A DNA stretch of 64,000 nucleotides from Octopus sinensis (lineage: Eukaryota). Location: NCBI RefSeq assembly GCF_006345805.1, contig NC_043006.1, positions 81,592,001-81,656,000 of the forward strand. The letters are read 5' to 3'. Position 1 is the stretch's first letter. Each line of letters opens with the position of its first letter. Below the pieces are notes generated by a model, which saw only the letters and a program-made list of their open reading frames with translations, was not told the DNA's origin and ran no database searches. The position numbers and the translations under genes are program-made. Positions 1 through 12,141 of this stretch are shown here, piece after piece.

Positions 1-281
1 TTGCCGAACCGCTAAGTAACGGGGACGTAAACTCACCAGCATCGGTTGTCAAGCGATGTTGGGGGGGGAGGGACAAACACAGACACACAAACACATACAC
101 ACATACATATATACGACGGGCTTCTTTCAGTTTCCGTCTACGAAATCTACTCACAAAGCTTCGGTCAACCCGAGGCTTTAGTAGAAGACACTTGCCCAAG
201 GTGCCACTCAGTGGGAATGAACCCAGAATCATGTGGTTCGTAAGCAAGCTGCTTACCACACAGCCACTCCTGCGCCTATAA
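1..281 (-). mobile_element. tRNA-derived SINE, family A (partial, runs off window start)
   Basis: Reverse complement of head AGGCGCAGGAGTGGCTGTGTGGTAAGCAGCTTGC..., internal (TA/TG) microsatellite and body shared with >10 other copies in the window. Probably one of the described octopus OK/OR-type SINEs, not assignable without a library. Confidence 0.85.
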
Positions 282-840
282 AGGTATGTGTAAATAAACG
301 ATCATATCAAAAGATCTAAAATGGATTGTTTGTATATGGGGAAACAGTACGCAGGGAAATGCAACCCCAATTCGCATTCAAAACCTATTTAACCAACCTG
401 CAAGCCTTACGGTCTTCTACTCTGAAAGTTCATAGAAGGGTGGTCCTTGTCACACACGTATTTCACGCTGATTCAGCCTTAGAAGTGCGTTAAAAGAGGC
501 CCCTGTGTATGGAGCATTATTCAATCATTCGTAATATTATTCAAGAGTGGTTACTGATTGAATAAACTTCAATAATCATCGTTGAAATCGAGGTAAATGT
601 ATTTACACTATACATACACGCGCACGGGTGTGTTTAACTATACATGATATAAATGAGGTAAAAATACTTATATTTTATATAACCGTTTTCATTGTGTTGT
701 AATATATAGTTCAATATATTTATTGTCTGAATATTAAGAGTGTATATGTGGTAAGATTTATGGTATGTCTATATGTTTGAATACGCATATGTATGTGTAT
801 GTATATATATATGAGAAAGAAGAAGAGAGGGAGAAGGAGA

Positions 841-1023
841 GGTAGATAGATAGATAGATAGATTGGATGGACGGACGGACGGACAAACAGACTGACAGAT
901 AGACAGACAGACATGTAGACAGATAGATAGATCGATGGTGAGTAGTTGGTTAGATTCTGAGATCATTCAGATAGACAGACAGACAGATAGATAGATGGAT
1001 AGACAGACAGACAAACAGATAGG

Positions 1024-1098
<75 letters not shown>
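841..1098. repeat. (GATA)n/(GACA)n microsatellite
   Basis: Direct reading. Confidence 0.95.
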
Positions 1099-1099
1099 T

Positions 1100-1750
1100 T
1101 GGCTAGTAGCCGATTAGATTCTGAGATCATTCAGAACCAGGAAAAAGAGTATCATGCTACTCCTATGGAGACCTTTCGTTTTCAGTCGTCAGGATTACTG
1201 CTCCCAACAATGATCACTAAGAAGTTCCAATCTGTGCTTTGAATTTGAGGCAATCCACTTCACAAAGAGAGTAGACTCGGTGAAACGACTTCCTGGGAGG
1301 GGTAAAGAAACAGAATCTCTTCTCTCTGGAGAGAAGACGTGAAAAATGTGCATTGATGTACATATAGAAGATCCTGGATGCTGCAACTCCCAGGTTCGGA
1401 ACTAAAAGCTATACCAACCACCGAACTGGACAGTACTGCATAGTACCAAAGATCCCGTCTTCTCCATCTAGAATAAGGACTCAGTATTATAACAGCTTTA
1501 GGGTCCACAACCACACAACATTCTGCCAACAGCCTCAGAGATTTGCGAGGTGTAGATGTGGCGATCTTCAAAGAGCATCTGGAGAAATTTTTATCTCAGA
1601 TACCATGTGAACCGACATCGCGGTGAGAGGTACAAAAAAAGAGCAGCCAAATCCAACTCGCTACTTCACCAGAAACAGTACAGAAAAGACACCCAAATAC
1701 ACTGAAAGGTGGTGCCCCAGCATGACCTTAGCCTCTGGCCGAAACACGTG
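1100..1750 (+). mobile_element. 5'-truncated CR1/L2-like LINE 3' fragment (degraded RT C-terminus plus tail)
   Basis: Frameshifted translation ILRSFRTRKKSIMLLLWRPFVFSRQDYCSQ ... LSLERRREK ... FKEHLEKFLSQIPCEP matches CR1/L2-group RT C-terminal motifs. Ends in GGTGGTGCCCCAGCATG...GAAACA, like the family A SINE tail. Confidence 0.75.
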
Positions 1751-1774
1751 ATGGATAAATGATAAAAGATATAT

Positions 1775-2139
1775 ACTCTTATACTCTTTTACTCCTTTAC
1801 TTGTTTCAGTCATTTGACTGCGGCCATGCTGGAGCACCGCCTTTAGTCGAGGAAATCGACTCCACGACTTATTCTTTTGCAAGCCTAGTACTTATTCTAT
1901 CGGTGTCTTTTGCCGAACCGCTAAGTTACGGGGACGTAAACACACCAGCATCGGTTGTCAAGTGATGGTGGGAGGACAAACACAGAAACACAAACTCACA
2001 CACACACATATATATATATATACATATATACGAAGGGCTTCTTTCAGTGTCCGTCTACCAAATCCACTCACAAGGCTTTGGTCAGCCCGAGGCTATAGTA
2101 GAAGACACCTGCCCAAGGTGCCACGCAGTGGGACTGAAC
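1775..2139 (-). mobile_element. SINE family A (head truncated)
   Basis: Tail CTTGTTTCAGTCATTTGACTGCGGCCATGCTGGAGCACCGCC and body; tail-to-tail with the LINE fragment. Confidence 0.85.
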
Positions 2140-2338
2140 ACACTTTATAAAGCTCGCTTTATATATGCACACACTTTATAAAGAGTTGGCCAAAAGTCAC
2201 CTGACAGTAAATCAAAAGACCAATTAATTCCAAGATTAAAAGAAAAAAATATTATTTTAATGAGACTGCGCTAATAAATGGACAAATATTGAAAAAGAAA
2301 AACGGTGATTTTAACTCAGAACATTCAATTATTAAACA

Positions 2339-2851
2339 CTAGCAGTATCGCCCGGCGTTGCTCGGGTTTGTAAGGGAAATAACTATATAAGCATTTTTAG
2401 AGAGTTACTTCCCTTATAGATGCCAATTCGGGCTTTCTTAGCCATTTCTGTTTTGGTGTCTTCAAGCCATGAAGTCGTTGTTCTAAAAGAACGCTGGTCT
2501 CTTTGACAACGCTTTTCGACGTTGATTTCCTTACACTCCCTTCCCCACAGCTTCACGAGGGAGGGAAGAAGGGGGAGAAGCAAACAGGTGCAGGTGTGAC
2601 CATGGACGCCAACTCCGCCGCCATCGACACACGAAAAATTATGCATTAAAATGGAATAAGAAATGATGTTAAATTATTTTTAAAATCGTAGACTCATCGT
2701 TGACGCGCGCTAATAGCCAGACGGGCTCGATATGAATCACGACTATAAGATACCCGAATTTGGTTAAACTGCACCGCAAAATGTGGGAGTAGTTAGGAAT
2801 CTAAATCGAAGGGGACAGACACTCACACAACTAGAGTTTTATATATATAGA
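2339..2851 (-). mobile_element. Non-autonomous Helitron
   Basis: On the minus strand: A|TCTATATATATAAAA ... CCCGAGCAACGCCGGG hairpin ... CTAG|T (TC and CTAG ends, inserted between A and T). Homologous to 54278-54667. Confidence 0.8.
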
Positions 2852-3086
2852 TTTATAATTGGAATGAATAAATAAAGTTGAATTTATTTATGGAATTTTG
2901 ATTTGCTGTTGGGGGACTTTTGGCCAACCCTGCATACACACACTCACACATACACACATATACACACACACTTCCTCAGTCGTCATTTATATATATAAAT
3001 ACATCCATTGTCTGAATATATGGTTTGATGTAAGTAAATAGTTTACTGTATGTATGCATGTGGGTAGGTAGATAAGCAGGTAGATA

Positions 3087-3960
3087 GGTATGTATGTATG
3101 TATGTATGTATGTATGTATGCATGCATGTATGTGTTCATATAGGTATGTATGCATGCATGTATGTATGTATGTATGCATGCATGCATGTATGTATGTATG
3201 TATGTATGTATGCATGCATGCATGTATGTATGTATGTATGTATGTATGTATGTATGTATGCATGCATGTATGTATGTATGTATGTATGTATGCATGCATG
3301 CATGCATGCATGTATGTATGTATGCATGCATGCATGTATGTATGCATGCATGCATGTATGTATGTATGTATGTATGTATGTATGCATGCATGCATGCATG
3401 TATGCATGCATGCATGCATGCATGTATGTATGTATGTATGTATGTATGTATGTATGCATGTATGTATGTATGTATGTATGTATGCATGTATGTATGTATG
3501 TATGTATGTATGCATGCATGTAGTATGTATGTATGTATGCATGCATGTATGTATGTATGTATGTATGTATGTATGTATGTATGTATGCATGCATGCATGC
3601 ATGCATGCATGCATGTATGTATGAGTATGTATGTATGTATGCATGCAAGCATGCATGCATGTATGTATGATGTATGTATGTATATGTATGTATGTATGCA
3701 TGCATGCATGCATGTGTATGTATGTATGTATGTATGTATGTATGTGTGTATGTATGTATGTATGTATGTATGCATGTATGTATGTATGTATGTATGTATG
3801 TATGTATGTATGCATGCATGCATGTATGTATGTATGCATGCATGTATGCATGCATGTATGTATGTATGTATGTATGCATGCATGCATGCATGTATGTATG
3901 TATGTATGTATGCATGTATGTATGTATGTATGTATGTATGCATGCATGCATGTATGTGTT
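3087..3960. repeat. Mosaic (TATG)n/(CATG)n tetranucleotide array
   Basis: Direct reading; source of the HTYI/MYVC pseudo-ORFs. Confidence 0.97.
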
Positions 3961-4531
3961 CATATAGGTATGTAAGCATGTGTATGCATTTATGTGCATG
4001 CGTTGTTTCGTGTGAACGTTGCTCAAGAGCTCTGCTTGATGCTGGTTACAGTGTTTCCATGACAACATGTACTATTACAGTCGATCACGTAACTGGCTTC
4101 GTTTGTACCGAGGCACATAGTATTTAAACGATAATAGGCTTATATGATACCGCTGCTGATGTTGTTGTTGTTGTTGCTACTCTGTTCTTGTTGTTGTTGT
4201 TACTTGTGTAACCCTTGGTAAATCCTGCTCCAGCTATCATCATTTGGTCTTCTTTTGTTTTGTTTTGTTTTGTTTTTTTTGTTTTTTTTTATTATTTCTA
4301 TTTAAAGTTTGGATTGTCCAGGACTAGATCATGCAATGAGTCCATAATTGTTTTTGTATTTTTTTCAAGCTAGTAGAAACGCGAAGTGAGTGGAATTTGG
4401 CTGTTGTTTCTTGTAGGTTGAGAACTTACATAAAAACTACCTGGTTAGTTCAGCCGTTGCTTCTCTTCCTGCTACTTTCTGTTGCTTTTGATGTCGCTGC
4501 TTTACTTATTCGACTACGCCTCGTGTTGTAT

Positions 4532-4580
<49 letters not shown>

Positions 4581-4603
4581 TATATATATGTATATATGTA
4601 TCG

Positions 4604-4842
4604 TGGCACTCCTTCGGTTACGACGACGAGGGTTCCAGTTGATCCGATCAACGGAACATCCTGCTCGTGAAATTAATGTGCAAGTGGCTGAGTACTCCAC
4701 AGTCACGCGTGCCCTTAACGTAGTTCGAGGGGAGAATCAGCGTGACACAGGGTGTGATAAGACTGGCCCTTTGATGTACAGGTACGACTCAGAAACAGGA
4801 AGAAAGAGCGAGAGAAAGTTGTGGTGAAAGAGTACAACAGGG
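4604..4842 (-). mobile_element. SINE family C, headless copy with tail type 1
   Basis: Reverse-complement homology to 24265-24503. Confidence 0.8.
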
Positions 4843-4845
4843 TCT

Positions 4846-4869
4846 ATATATATATATATAGATATATAT

Positions 4870-4913
<44 letters not shown>

Positions 4914-5121
4914 GCGTACTTACATACATATATATGTATATATACGTATATATATATGCATACATACATGCATGTATATATATATATATATATATATGCA
5001 TACATACATGCATATATATATATGCATACATACATGCATGTATATATATATATATATATATATACGTTTAAATATTTGTTGGCTAAACTGGCAATATGAC
5101 CATTCCGAAATATAACAATAT

Positions 5122-5163
<42 letters not shown>

Positions 5164-5227
5164 ATATAATATATCTATATATGCATACATATATGCATGT
5201 ATATATATATATATATGCATATATGTA

Positions 5228-5267
<40 letters not shown>

Positions 5268-5346
5268 TACATATATGCATGTATATATATATATATATAT
5301 GCATACATACATGCATGTATATATATATATATGCATACATATATGC

Positions 5347-5397
<51 letters not shown>

Positions 5398-5450
5398 ATA
5401 TATGCATACATGCATGCATGTATATATATATATAATATATTCATATATAC
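4846..5450. repeat. (TA)n/TACA/TGCA mosaic microsatellite
   Basis: Direct reading. Confidence 0.95.
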
Positions 5451-5544
5451 TGAAATCTTGATGCTACTTGTTTTTGTCTTTTATTTTTTTGTTGGTCTTT
5501 GTTATTTATACTTCAGATATAACAATGGATGTGTTAATGGCTGT

Positions 5545-6230
5545 AGTAGTCGTGGTGATAGTGCTGGTGGTGGTCTAGCTGGTTTTAAACGCACTTGAGG
5601 TTGTGGTTGTGGTGGTGCTTTCTGTTGGGATGGTGATGCCGGTGGCGGCGGCGGTGGAGGTGCCAGCTGTAGCTTGAATTATAGTTCTGGTTGTGACAGT
5701 GGTGGTGGTGGTGGTAGTGTCAGTGGTTTGTAGTCCTGGTTGTGGTGGTGTTTGTGGTGAATGAGATTGCAGTTGAACTGCTGTAATGGAAGTAGGTAGT
5801 AGTAGTTGTTGTAGTAGTAATAGTAGTAGTAGTAGTTACTTTTGGTGGTGAGTGGGGTGGTTGTGGTTGTGGTGGTGGTGCTGTAGTTGTGGTGTTAGCT
5901 GTGGTGACAGTTGTTGTGGCGATTGTGGTGGTTGTGGTGTTAGTGATGATTTTGGTTGTAGTGATACCAGTTGTGGAGATATTAATTGCAGTCGAGGTGG
6001 TGATTGTTGTGGGTATAATGAGGATGGTAGTGACTATTGTGGAGGCGGCGGTGGTGCAGTGGTTATAGTTATGGCTGAGACGGTTGTGGAGGAAGTGGTA
6101 GTGGTGGTGGTAGATGTGATGGTAGTGGTGGGGGTGGGGTGGAGGGTAAATGGTTATGGATGTAGTGGTAAAGATTGCTCTGCTGGTAGTTCTGGTTGTG
6201 GTGTAGAGAGCTGATGGTTTATCATGGAAT
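5545..6230. repeat. GT-rich degenerate trinucleotide (GTG/GTA/GTT) low-complexity tract
   Basis: Direct reading; poly-T/H pseudo-ORF on the minus strand. Confidence 0.85.
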
Positions 6231-6450
6231 GTGTTGTTTTTAGATTCAAGAGCATGCATGTGGTACTCCTTATATGGTACTCCTTATATTAAGCCTAGTT
6301 CTGAGTATTCGCATTTCTAAATAAGTACATTCATACACCCTTCGTTCACGACCTGTAATCGATGTGTGTGTTTGGGTCTGTTTGGGTGTGAGTGTAGTGA
6401 AAGTCAATTATTTGGATCACTTTCAGATGGAGTTCTTTAGCCAATAGTGA

Positions 6451-6673
6451 TAATAATAATCCTTTCTACAATAGACACAAGGCTTGGAATTTGTAGGGAG
6501 GGGCATGGTCGATTACATCGACCCCAATACTTTACTGGTACTTAATTTATCGACCCCGAAAGGATGAAAGGCAAAGTCGACCTCGGCGGAATTTGAACTC
6601 AGAACGTAGCTGCAGACGAAATACCTCGAAGCATTTCGCCCGGCGTGCTAACGATTCTGCTAGCTCGCCGCCT
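6451..6673 (-). mobile_element. tRNA-derived SINE, family B (tail type 1)
   Basis: Reverse complement of GGCGGCGAGCTAGCAGAATCGTTAGC...GTTCAAATTCCGCCGAGGTCGACTTTGCCTTTCATCCTTTCGGGGTCGATAAATTAAGTACCAG. From memory the core resembles a conserved Meta-type SINE domain (unverified). Confidence 0.85.
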
Positions 6674-6687
6674 TAATAGTGATAGTA

Positions 6688-6954
6688 TTGGGTTGGTGCA
6701 TAATTTTTTTTTTTTTTTGGGGGGGGGGGGGGGGGTCGGCAAATTTTATTCAACAAAAACAATAACAATATTTAACAAAAGCGTCTTGAAAAGATGGTCT
6801 GACCGTCTGCCAAGCAAATGGGAAGCAGTAATTGAAGTAGATGGTGAATATTCTCCGGAATAATCATTTAAACATGTCTATGTTACATGCTGTTATGGTT
6901 TTTGTTGAATAAAATTTGTTGAAAAAAAGCTGCCATAATTATGCACCAACCCAA
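6688..6954 (+). mobile_element. Internally deleted mariner (MITE)
   Basis: TIRs TTGGGTTGGTGCATAATT / AATTATGCACCAACCCAA flanked by TA, inner IR AAATTTTATTCAACAAAAAC. The interior encodes the mariner transposase C-terminus DRLPSKWEAVIEVDGEYSPE*. Confidence 0.85.
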
Positions 6955-7090
6955 TAATAATAATAATCCTTCTACTAAAAACACAGGGCCTGAAATTTAT
7001 GGGGAGGGGACTAGTCGATTACATTGACTCCAGTGTTTCAACTGGTACTTATTTTATCGACCCCCGAAAGGATGAGAGGCACAGTCGACG
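6955..7090 (-). mobile_element. SINE family B, 3' half
   Basis: Tail and core homology to 6451-6673. Confidence 0.75.
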
Positions 7091-7293
7091 CACTATCACT
7101 TCTACAAGTTCACCGCTGTTATAGGCACTGGACGCAAACCAAGTCGTAATTGCTACATCAGACTTTTACTTCTAGAGAGATCTCTATACAAAATCAAGGG
7201 TCTCTCACTTCCAGTTGTTGGATGGCCATTGACTCTACTGAGCTCATCCACCTTTAGACAGGCTTTGTTTTACGTTGTGTAATGTGTCGAACG

Positions 7294-7471
7294 AGGTAAC
7301 TTGCTAGGGTAGTTGGTTTAGTCACCAACACCCGATTAGACAACTTGGTAGGGTAGCTGATTTAGTCGCCAACAACCCGACTAGGTAACTCGGTAGGGTA
7401 GCTGGTTTAGTCGCCAACAGCCTGCCTAGGTAACTTGGTAGGGTAGCTGGTTTAGTCGCCAACAGCCCGAC
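7294..7471. repeat. 44-45 bp minisatellite, 4 copies
   Basis: Units start at 7294, 7338, 7383, 7428 (AGGTAACTTGGTAGGGTAGCTGGTTTAGTCGCCAACAGCC...). Confidence 0.9.
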
Positions 7472-7844
7472 AATGCGACAAGATGTACTGGATTACATAT
7501 ATACTTGCGTGCATACATACATGCATACGTATACATGTGTGTGTCTGCTGAGTGTGTTGTTTTACTTTTCGTCCAACATTTACAAGCAAGTTGTGTAAGT
7601 CTCATAAACCCACCTGTTTAACATTGGTCGTTGCATGATCTTAGCTGAGTTCATTCTTTTGGAAGCATTCGAATGAGAGTTCATATTCCGCACCATTTCA
7701 TTATCAAGAACTCGCTACTATTGAAACAAATTCTCTCACTGATGACTGATTTTTGCAACTAACTTTTTTTTCTTTTTTTTTCCAATTTTAAGTCTCAGTT
7801 AGTACTTTCACCTAAATGGTTTCAGATGTTGGCGCATGGCTAGC

Positions 7845-8035
7845 AATTTTGTAGTGAGTGGAAAGAGAATTTCATAAACCTCGGTGCTCGACTGGTACTT
7901 ATTTTATCGATCCCGAAAGGATGAAAGGGAAAGTCGACCTCGGTGAAATGTGAACTCATAATATAAAGAGTAAGAAGAAATATTACTAAGCATTTTGTTC
8001 GACGCACTGTCAGTTCTACAAACTCGCCGCCTTCA
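7845..8035 (-). mobile_element. Degenerate SINE family B
   Basis: ACTGGTACTTATTTTATCGATCCCGAAAGGATGAAAGGGAAAGTCGACCTCGG core. Confidence 0.7.
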
Positions 8036-9324
8036 TAGGCAACTAAATAATATATACCAGTATTAAACAAAAACCAGCTGTATAATAAGATGGTTGATAC
8101 TGTGAAATAGTTTCAAAATGATGCTTTGTGGAATCTCTCGACTCCTTGCGTTCTAACAGCAACGCTTACAACAACACTGGTTTCCCCACCATTCAATGGC
8201 CTTTCTTTGGACAATCATTGGTGGTGTACAGAAGGTAGATTTGCATACATGAGCAACTACCGGTCTTAATTACACCAACACATGAAGCGGATTGGTCTGC
8301 CTTAACCGACTTTGGTCCTATATCACATTGTCTTGCTGATACTATGATCTGAATTTCAGATTCAGTGGAACTGAGTTTTGAACATAGGACATGTCTTTAA
8401 AAGGTCTAAAAAGATATAGATTATATCTCCAGAATGGGAAATTGCTTTGAAATTTTCAGCTTTATTTTATCATCCTTATCATAATGAGTAATTTCAACAA
8501 TCTTGATACTTTGAATTTAACTCACGAATCTCTAGTACTATTTTTGCAGACAAAATAGGTTTGCAGACCACAATTCGGAAACCGTTGCCCTACATTCTTC
8601 TTATTCTCTAGATACTCACGAGAAGACCCGTTAGATTTCACAGAGGGTAGCTGGCACTGTCCTGTTCTTTCTGACCTAACCATGCAATATCTGACAGCAT
8701 TTTACTAATTTTTAGTTACATTACAAACGTGAATCACAGTAGCAGCACAACCATTCAAAGCTAGAAAATGATTTAAACCTGAACAGCTGCTTATCCTAAA
8801 CGAGAAAGAAACTCATCCGATATTGTTATATTGGTCGTGCTTCTGGAATAGTGCTCTTACATTCAAACTCACATTATTCAATACAATCCAGACAGACAAA
8901 AAGGTTATTCGCTTTAGTATACTTTCACTCATTCGCATTTGTAGAGAATGCTCGTAAATGAGCAGACGCCATTAAAATCATCTAGTTTAACAATATTACA
9001 TGGATTTTGGTACCTCTGAGGATTCCACCTGTTGCAAGCATTCAGTTTCGGTCTCTGGTTTGAGGAGTGTTTTCTCTCTTATCCTACTGCTAGAAATAAC
9101 CGCCATCTTTCTCTTTCTCATATCACACATTTGCCATCTCAAGAAAATAAAAAATATATATTAGGGATAGAAACCCGTTGGGTAATGTGACCTGGGTTCC
9201 TGCATGTAGGAAAATTACAGGCGCTGTCTTGCGATTAAGCACCAACATCAATTACTTTTGCTGCTTGTCAGTACCCGGCTCCAATATTGAAAAATAAATT
9301 TATCAAAAATATAAACGCAAGCTT

Positions 9325-9695
9325 AGGCTGTGTGATTAAGAAACACGCGTCGCGACCGAATGGCTTTGTATTCAGTCCCACTACACAACGCTTTGAGATG
9401 AGCCTACCAATACCCTGTGAGTGAATTTAGCTAACGGGAAATAGAGAAAACCATTGTGCATAAATGTGTGTTTGTGTGTGTGTGTGTGTGTTTTTTGTTG
9501 ATGTATGTGTGTCTGCATCCACCCATCACCACCACCACCATTCACAAACTACTTGACAACTAATAAAGGTGTACTTACATCTCCGTAACTTAGCGGTTCG
9601 GCAAAAAGATATTGGTATCGATTTTCGCGACAAAACCATTCAAAGTAGTGCTCCAGCATTGCCGCAATCCAATGACTGAAACAAGTAAAACATAA
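9325..9695 (+). mobile_element. Old degenerate SINE family A
   Basis: Decayed head and tail GTGCTCCAGCATTGCCGCAATCCAATGACTGAAACAAGTAAAA. Confidence 0.6.
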
Positions 9696-9754
9696 ATGAG
9701 AAAAAATATCCCTTTCTCTGCCCAACCGGACTGCATTTCTCTTAAACTGTCCCC

Positions 9755-10155
9755 AGGTGTAGGAGTGGCTGTGTGGTAAGTAGCTTGCTTACCAACCACA
9801 TGGTTCCGGGTTCAGTCCCACTGCGTGGCACTTTGGGTAAGTGTCTTCTACTAAAGCCTCGGGCCGACCAAAGCCTTGTGCGTGGATCTGGTAGACGGAA
9901 ACCGAAAGAAGCCCGTCCTATATATGTATATGTATGTGTGTATGTATATGTTTGTGTGCCTGTGTTTGTCCCTGCAACATCGCTTGACTACCGATGCTGG
10001 TGTGTTTACATCCCCGTGACTTAGCGGTTCAGTAAAAGAGACCGATAGAATAAGTACTAGGCTTACAAAGAATAAGTCGTGGGGTCGATTTGCTCGACTA
10101 AAGGCGGTGCTCCAGCATGGCCACAGTCAAATGACTGAAACAAGTAAAAGAGTAA
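9755..10155 (+). mobile_element. SINE family A, full length
   Basis: Head, internal microsatellite, body and tail all present. Confidence 0.9.
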
Positions 10156-10546
10156 AAAAAGGTCCTTATTTTCCCATCAGCGTCGTTGACCTGTCACAAT
10201 TCAATCGGTTCATTAAGTGCATTAATCCAGTGTTTCTCACATGATGTAGGGGAACCGTGAAGACTGAAAACATTGAAGAAAATTGCCATATTGAATTCAA
10301 TTTAAACGGGTTTAAAACGTTTTATGTTTACTATCACAGCAGTGATTAAAAAAAGACCAATTATATGAATCCAGCCATCTTTCCAATTGATGAGTGATAT
10401 CACAAAGACAGACAACAATTTGTGTGGAGATTTACATAATGAATAGGGAGAAAGAAATAGAAAAGTCAGTGAAATGCGATACAAATATATTAGTATACAA
10501 AGTATGTGATAACATAAACGATGCAGATCTCCTGGCATAGAAGAAA

Positions 10547-10780
10547 AGCGGCGATCTGGCAGAAACGTTAGCACGCCGGGCGAAATGCGTAGCCGTATTT
10601 CGTCTGCCGTTACGTTCTGAGTTCAAATTCTGCCGAGGTCGACTTTGCCTTTCATCCTTTCGGGGTCGATAAATTAAGTACCAGTTATGCACTGGGGTCG
10701 ATATAATCGACTTAATCCGTTTGTCTGTCCTTGTTTATCCTCTCTGTGTTTAGCCCCTCGTGGGTAGTAAAGAAATAGGT
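10547..10780 (+). mobile_element. SINE family B, full length (tail type 2)
   Basis: Head, core and tail TTAATCCGTTTGTCTGTCCTTGTTT...TAGCCCC..GTGGGTAGTAAAGAAATAGG. Confidence 0.88.
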
Positions 10781-10911
10781 ATAGAAGAAACTCCAACTAG
10801 GACCAGTCAAGGAACCTCAAAGATCCAGTATTACCCTAACCATGAAAGGTACAAGCCGTCTCTCCTGCTCTCTGTTCTACAGGCGCACAATTAAAGCAGG
10901 GCCAGTCACTC

Positions 10912-11230
10912 TCATCATCATCATCATTATTTAACGTCCGTCTTCTACACATGCATGCATGAGTAGGACGGTTGACAGGAGCCGGCTAGGTAGAAAACTA
11001 CCCTAAGCTACTGTGTCTGTTTTTGCTGCGATTTTAAAGCTGCATGCCCTTCCGAACACCCTGCATAGTGAACCCAGTGCCTTTTACGTGGCACTAGCAC
11101 GGGTGTGGTTAGTTTTGGCATGATTTTTACAGCTGGGTGCCCTTCCAAATGCCAACCACTTTACAGTGTGGACCGGATGCTTTTTCCGTGGCACCAACAC
11201 TGGTGCAAGACAAGGAATTATGAGAGGGGC
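10912..11230 (-). mobile_element. Retroposon fragment with RTE-like 3' end and (ATG)n tail
   Basis: Minus strand ends ...GACGGACGTTAAATAATGATGATGATG; internal duplicated motif GTGCC/GATGCTTTT..CGTGGCAC. Confidence 0.45.
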
Positions 11231-11574
11231 AGGGGCATTTAAGGAAAGAACTTGTGTCAGGGGATGAAAGGTTTGAGTGTGACAGAGATAGATAGATAGA
11301 GAGAGAGAGAGGCAGAAACAGGTGTCTTGCTATAACGGAAGGGGCATTAGATGAGATGATCCGGTATCAGATAATGAAAGGTTAGAGTGTGACAGAGAAA
11401 TAGAGTGGCAGAAATAGGTATCTTGTTATAGCGGAGGTACAGGGTTACCCAGTGAGAGAGAAAGAGAGAAAGAAATAGGAGGAAAGACAAAAGAGAAGTA
11501 GTAGTAGTAGTAGTAGTATCAATGATAATAATAATCATGATAATAATTATTGCATGTAGCATAGGTTCGAGGTC

Positions 11575-11760
11575 AGGCATTTGTCGGGATGGGGTTTGTC
11601 GATTACATCAACCCCTGTACTTAACTGGTTCCTTATTTTTGTCTACTCCGGAGCGAAGAAAAGCTAAGTTGACCTTGGTGGAATTCCAGCTCAGAACCTA
11701 AGGTGCCGAAGCAAATACCACAAGCTAATTTTCGTCCGACACTCTAGCGATTCAGCGCCA
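11575..11760 (-). mobile_element. Degenerate SINE family B
   Basis: Decayed core and head homology. Confidence 0.55.
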
Positions 11761-12141
11761 GTCCAAAGAATGGTAAAATTTACTCACCATCGGGAGTTAT
11801 TTATATGGGAGTTTAGAATAACTTATAAACGTCTGACTGTTCTGTTAACTTCATCTAGTTTACAGAGCATGATGTTATAGTGAAACAGATAAGATTAGAT
11901 GAGTACATACTCGCGCGCACGCACACACAACCGCACGTCCTCTAACACAAGCAAGAACATTGGAACACAAACGAGCAAACAAAACCAAAAAGTAAAATTC
12001 TGTACTATTACTACTACTATTACTGCTGCAGCTACTACTTCTACTATTACTACTACTACTACTAACTCAACTTCTACTACTACTACTACTAACACCACCA
12101 CGACTATAGCTATTACCACCACCGCCAGGACGACGACCACC

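Noticed and set aside
2976-4127. Long ORFs of 300+ aa (HTYI/MYVC repeats)
   Set aside because: Translations of the TATG/CATG microsatellite on both strands
4844-6259. YI-rich and T/H-rich ORFs
   Set aside because: Dinucleotide and trinucleotide repeat artefacts
7294-7471. CRISPR-like repeat
   Set aside because: Units are contiguous with no spacers; eukaryotic context; no cas genes
8100-9030. Possible old LINE/RT remnant in unique-looking sequence
   Set aside because: No convincing motif in any frame by eye
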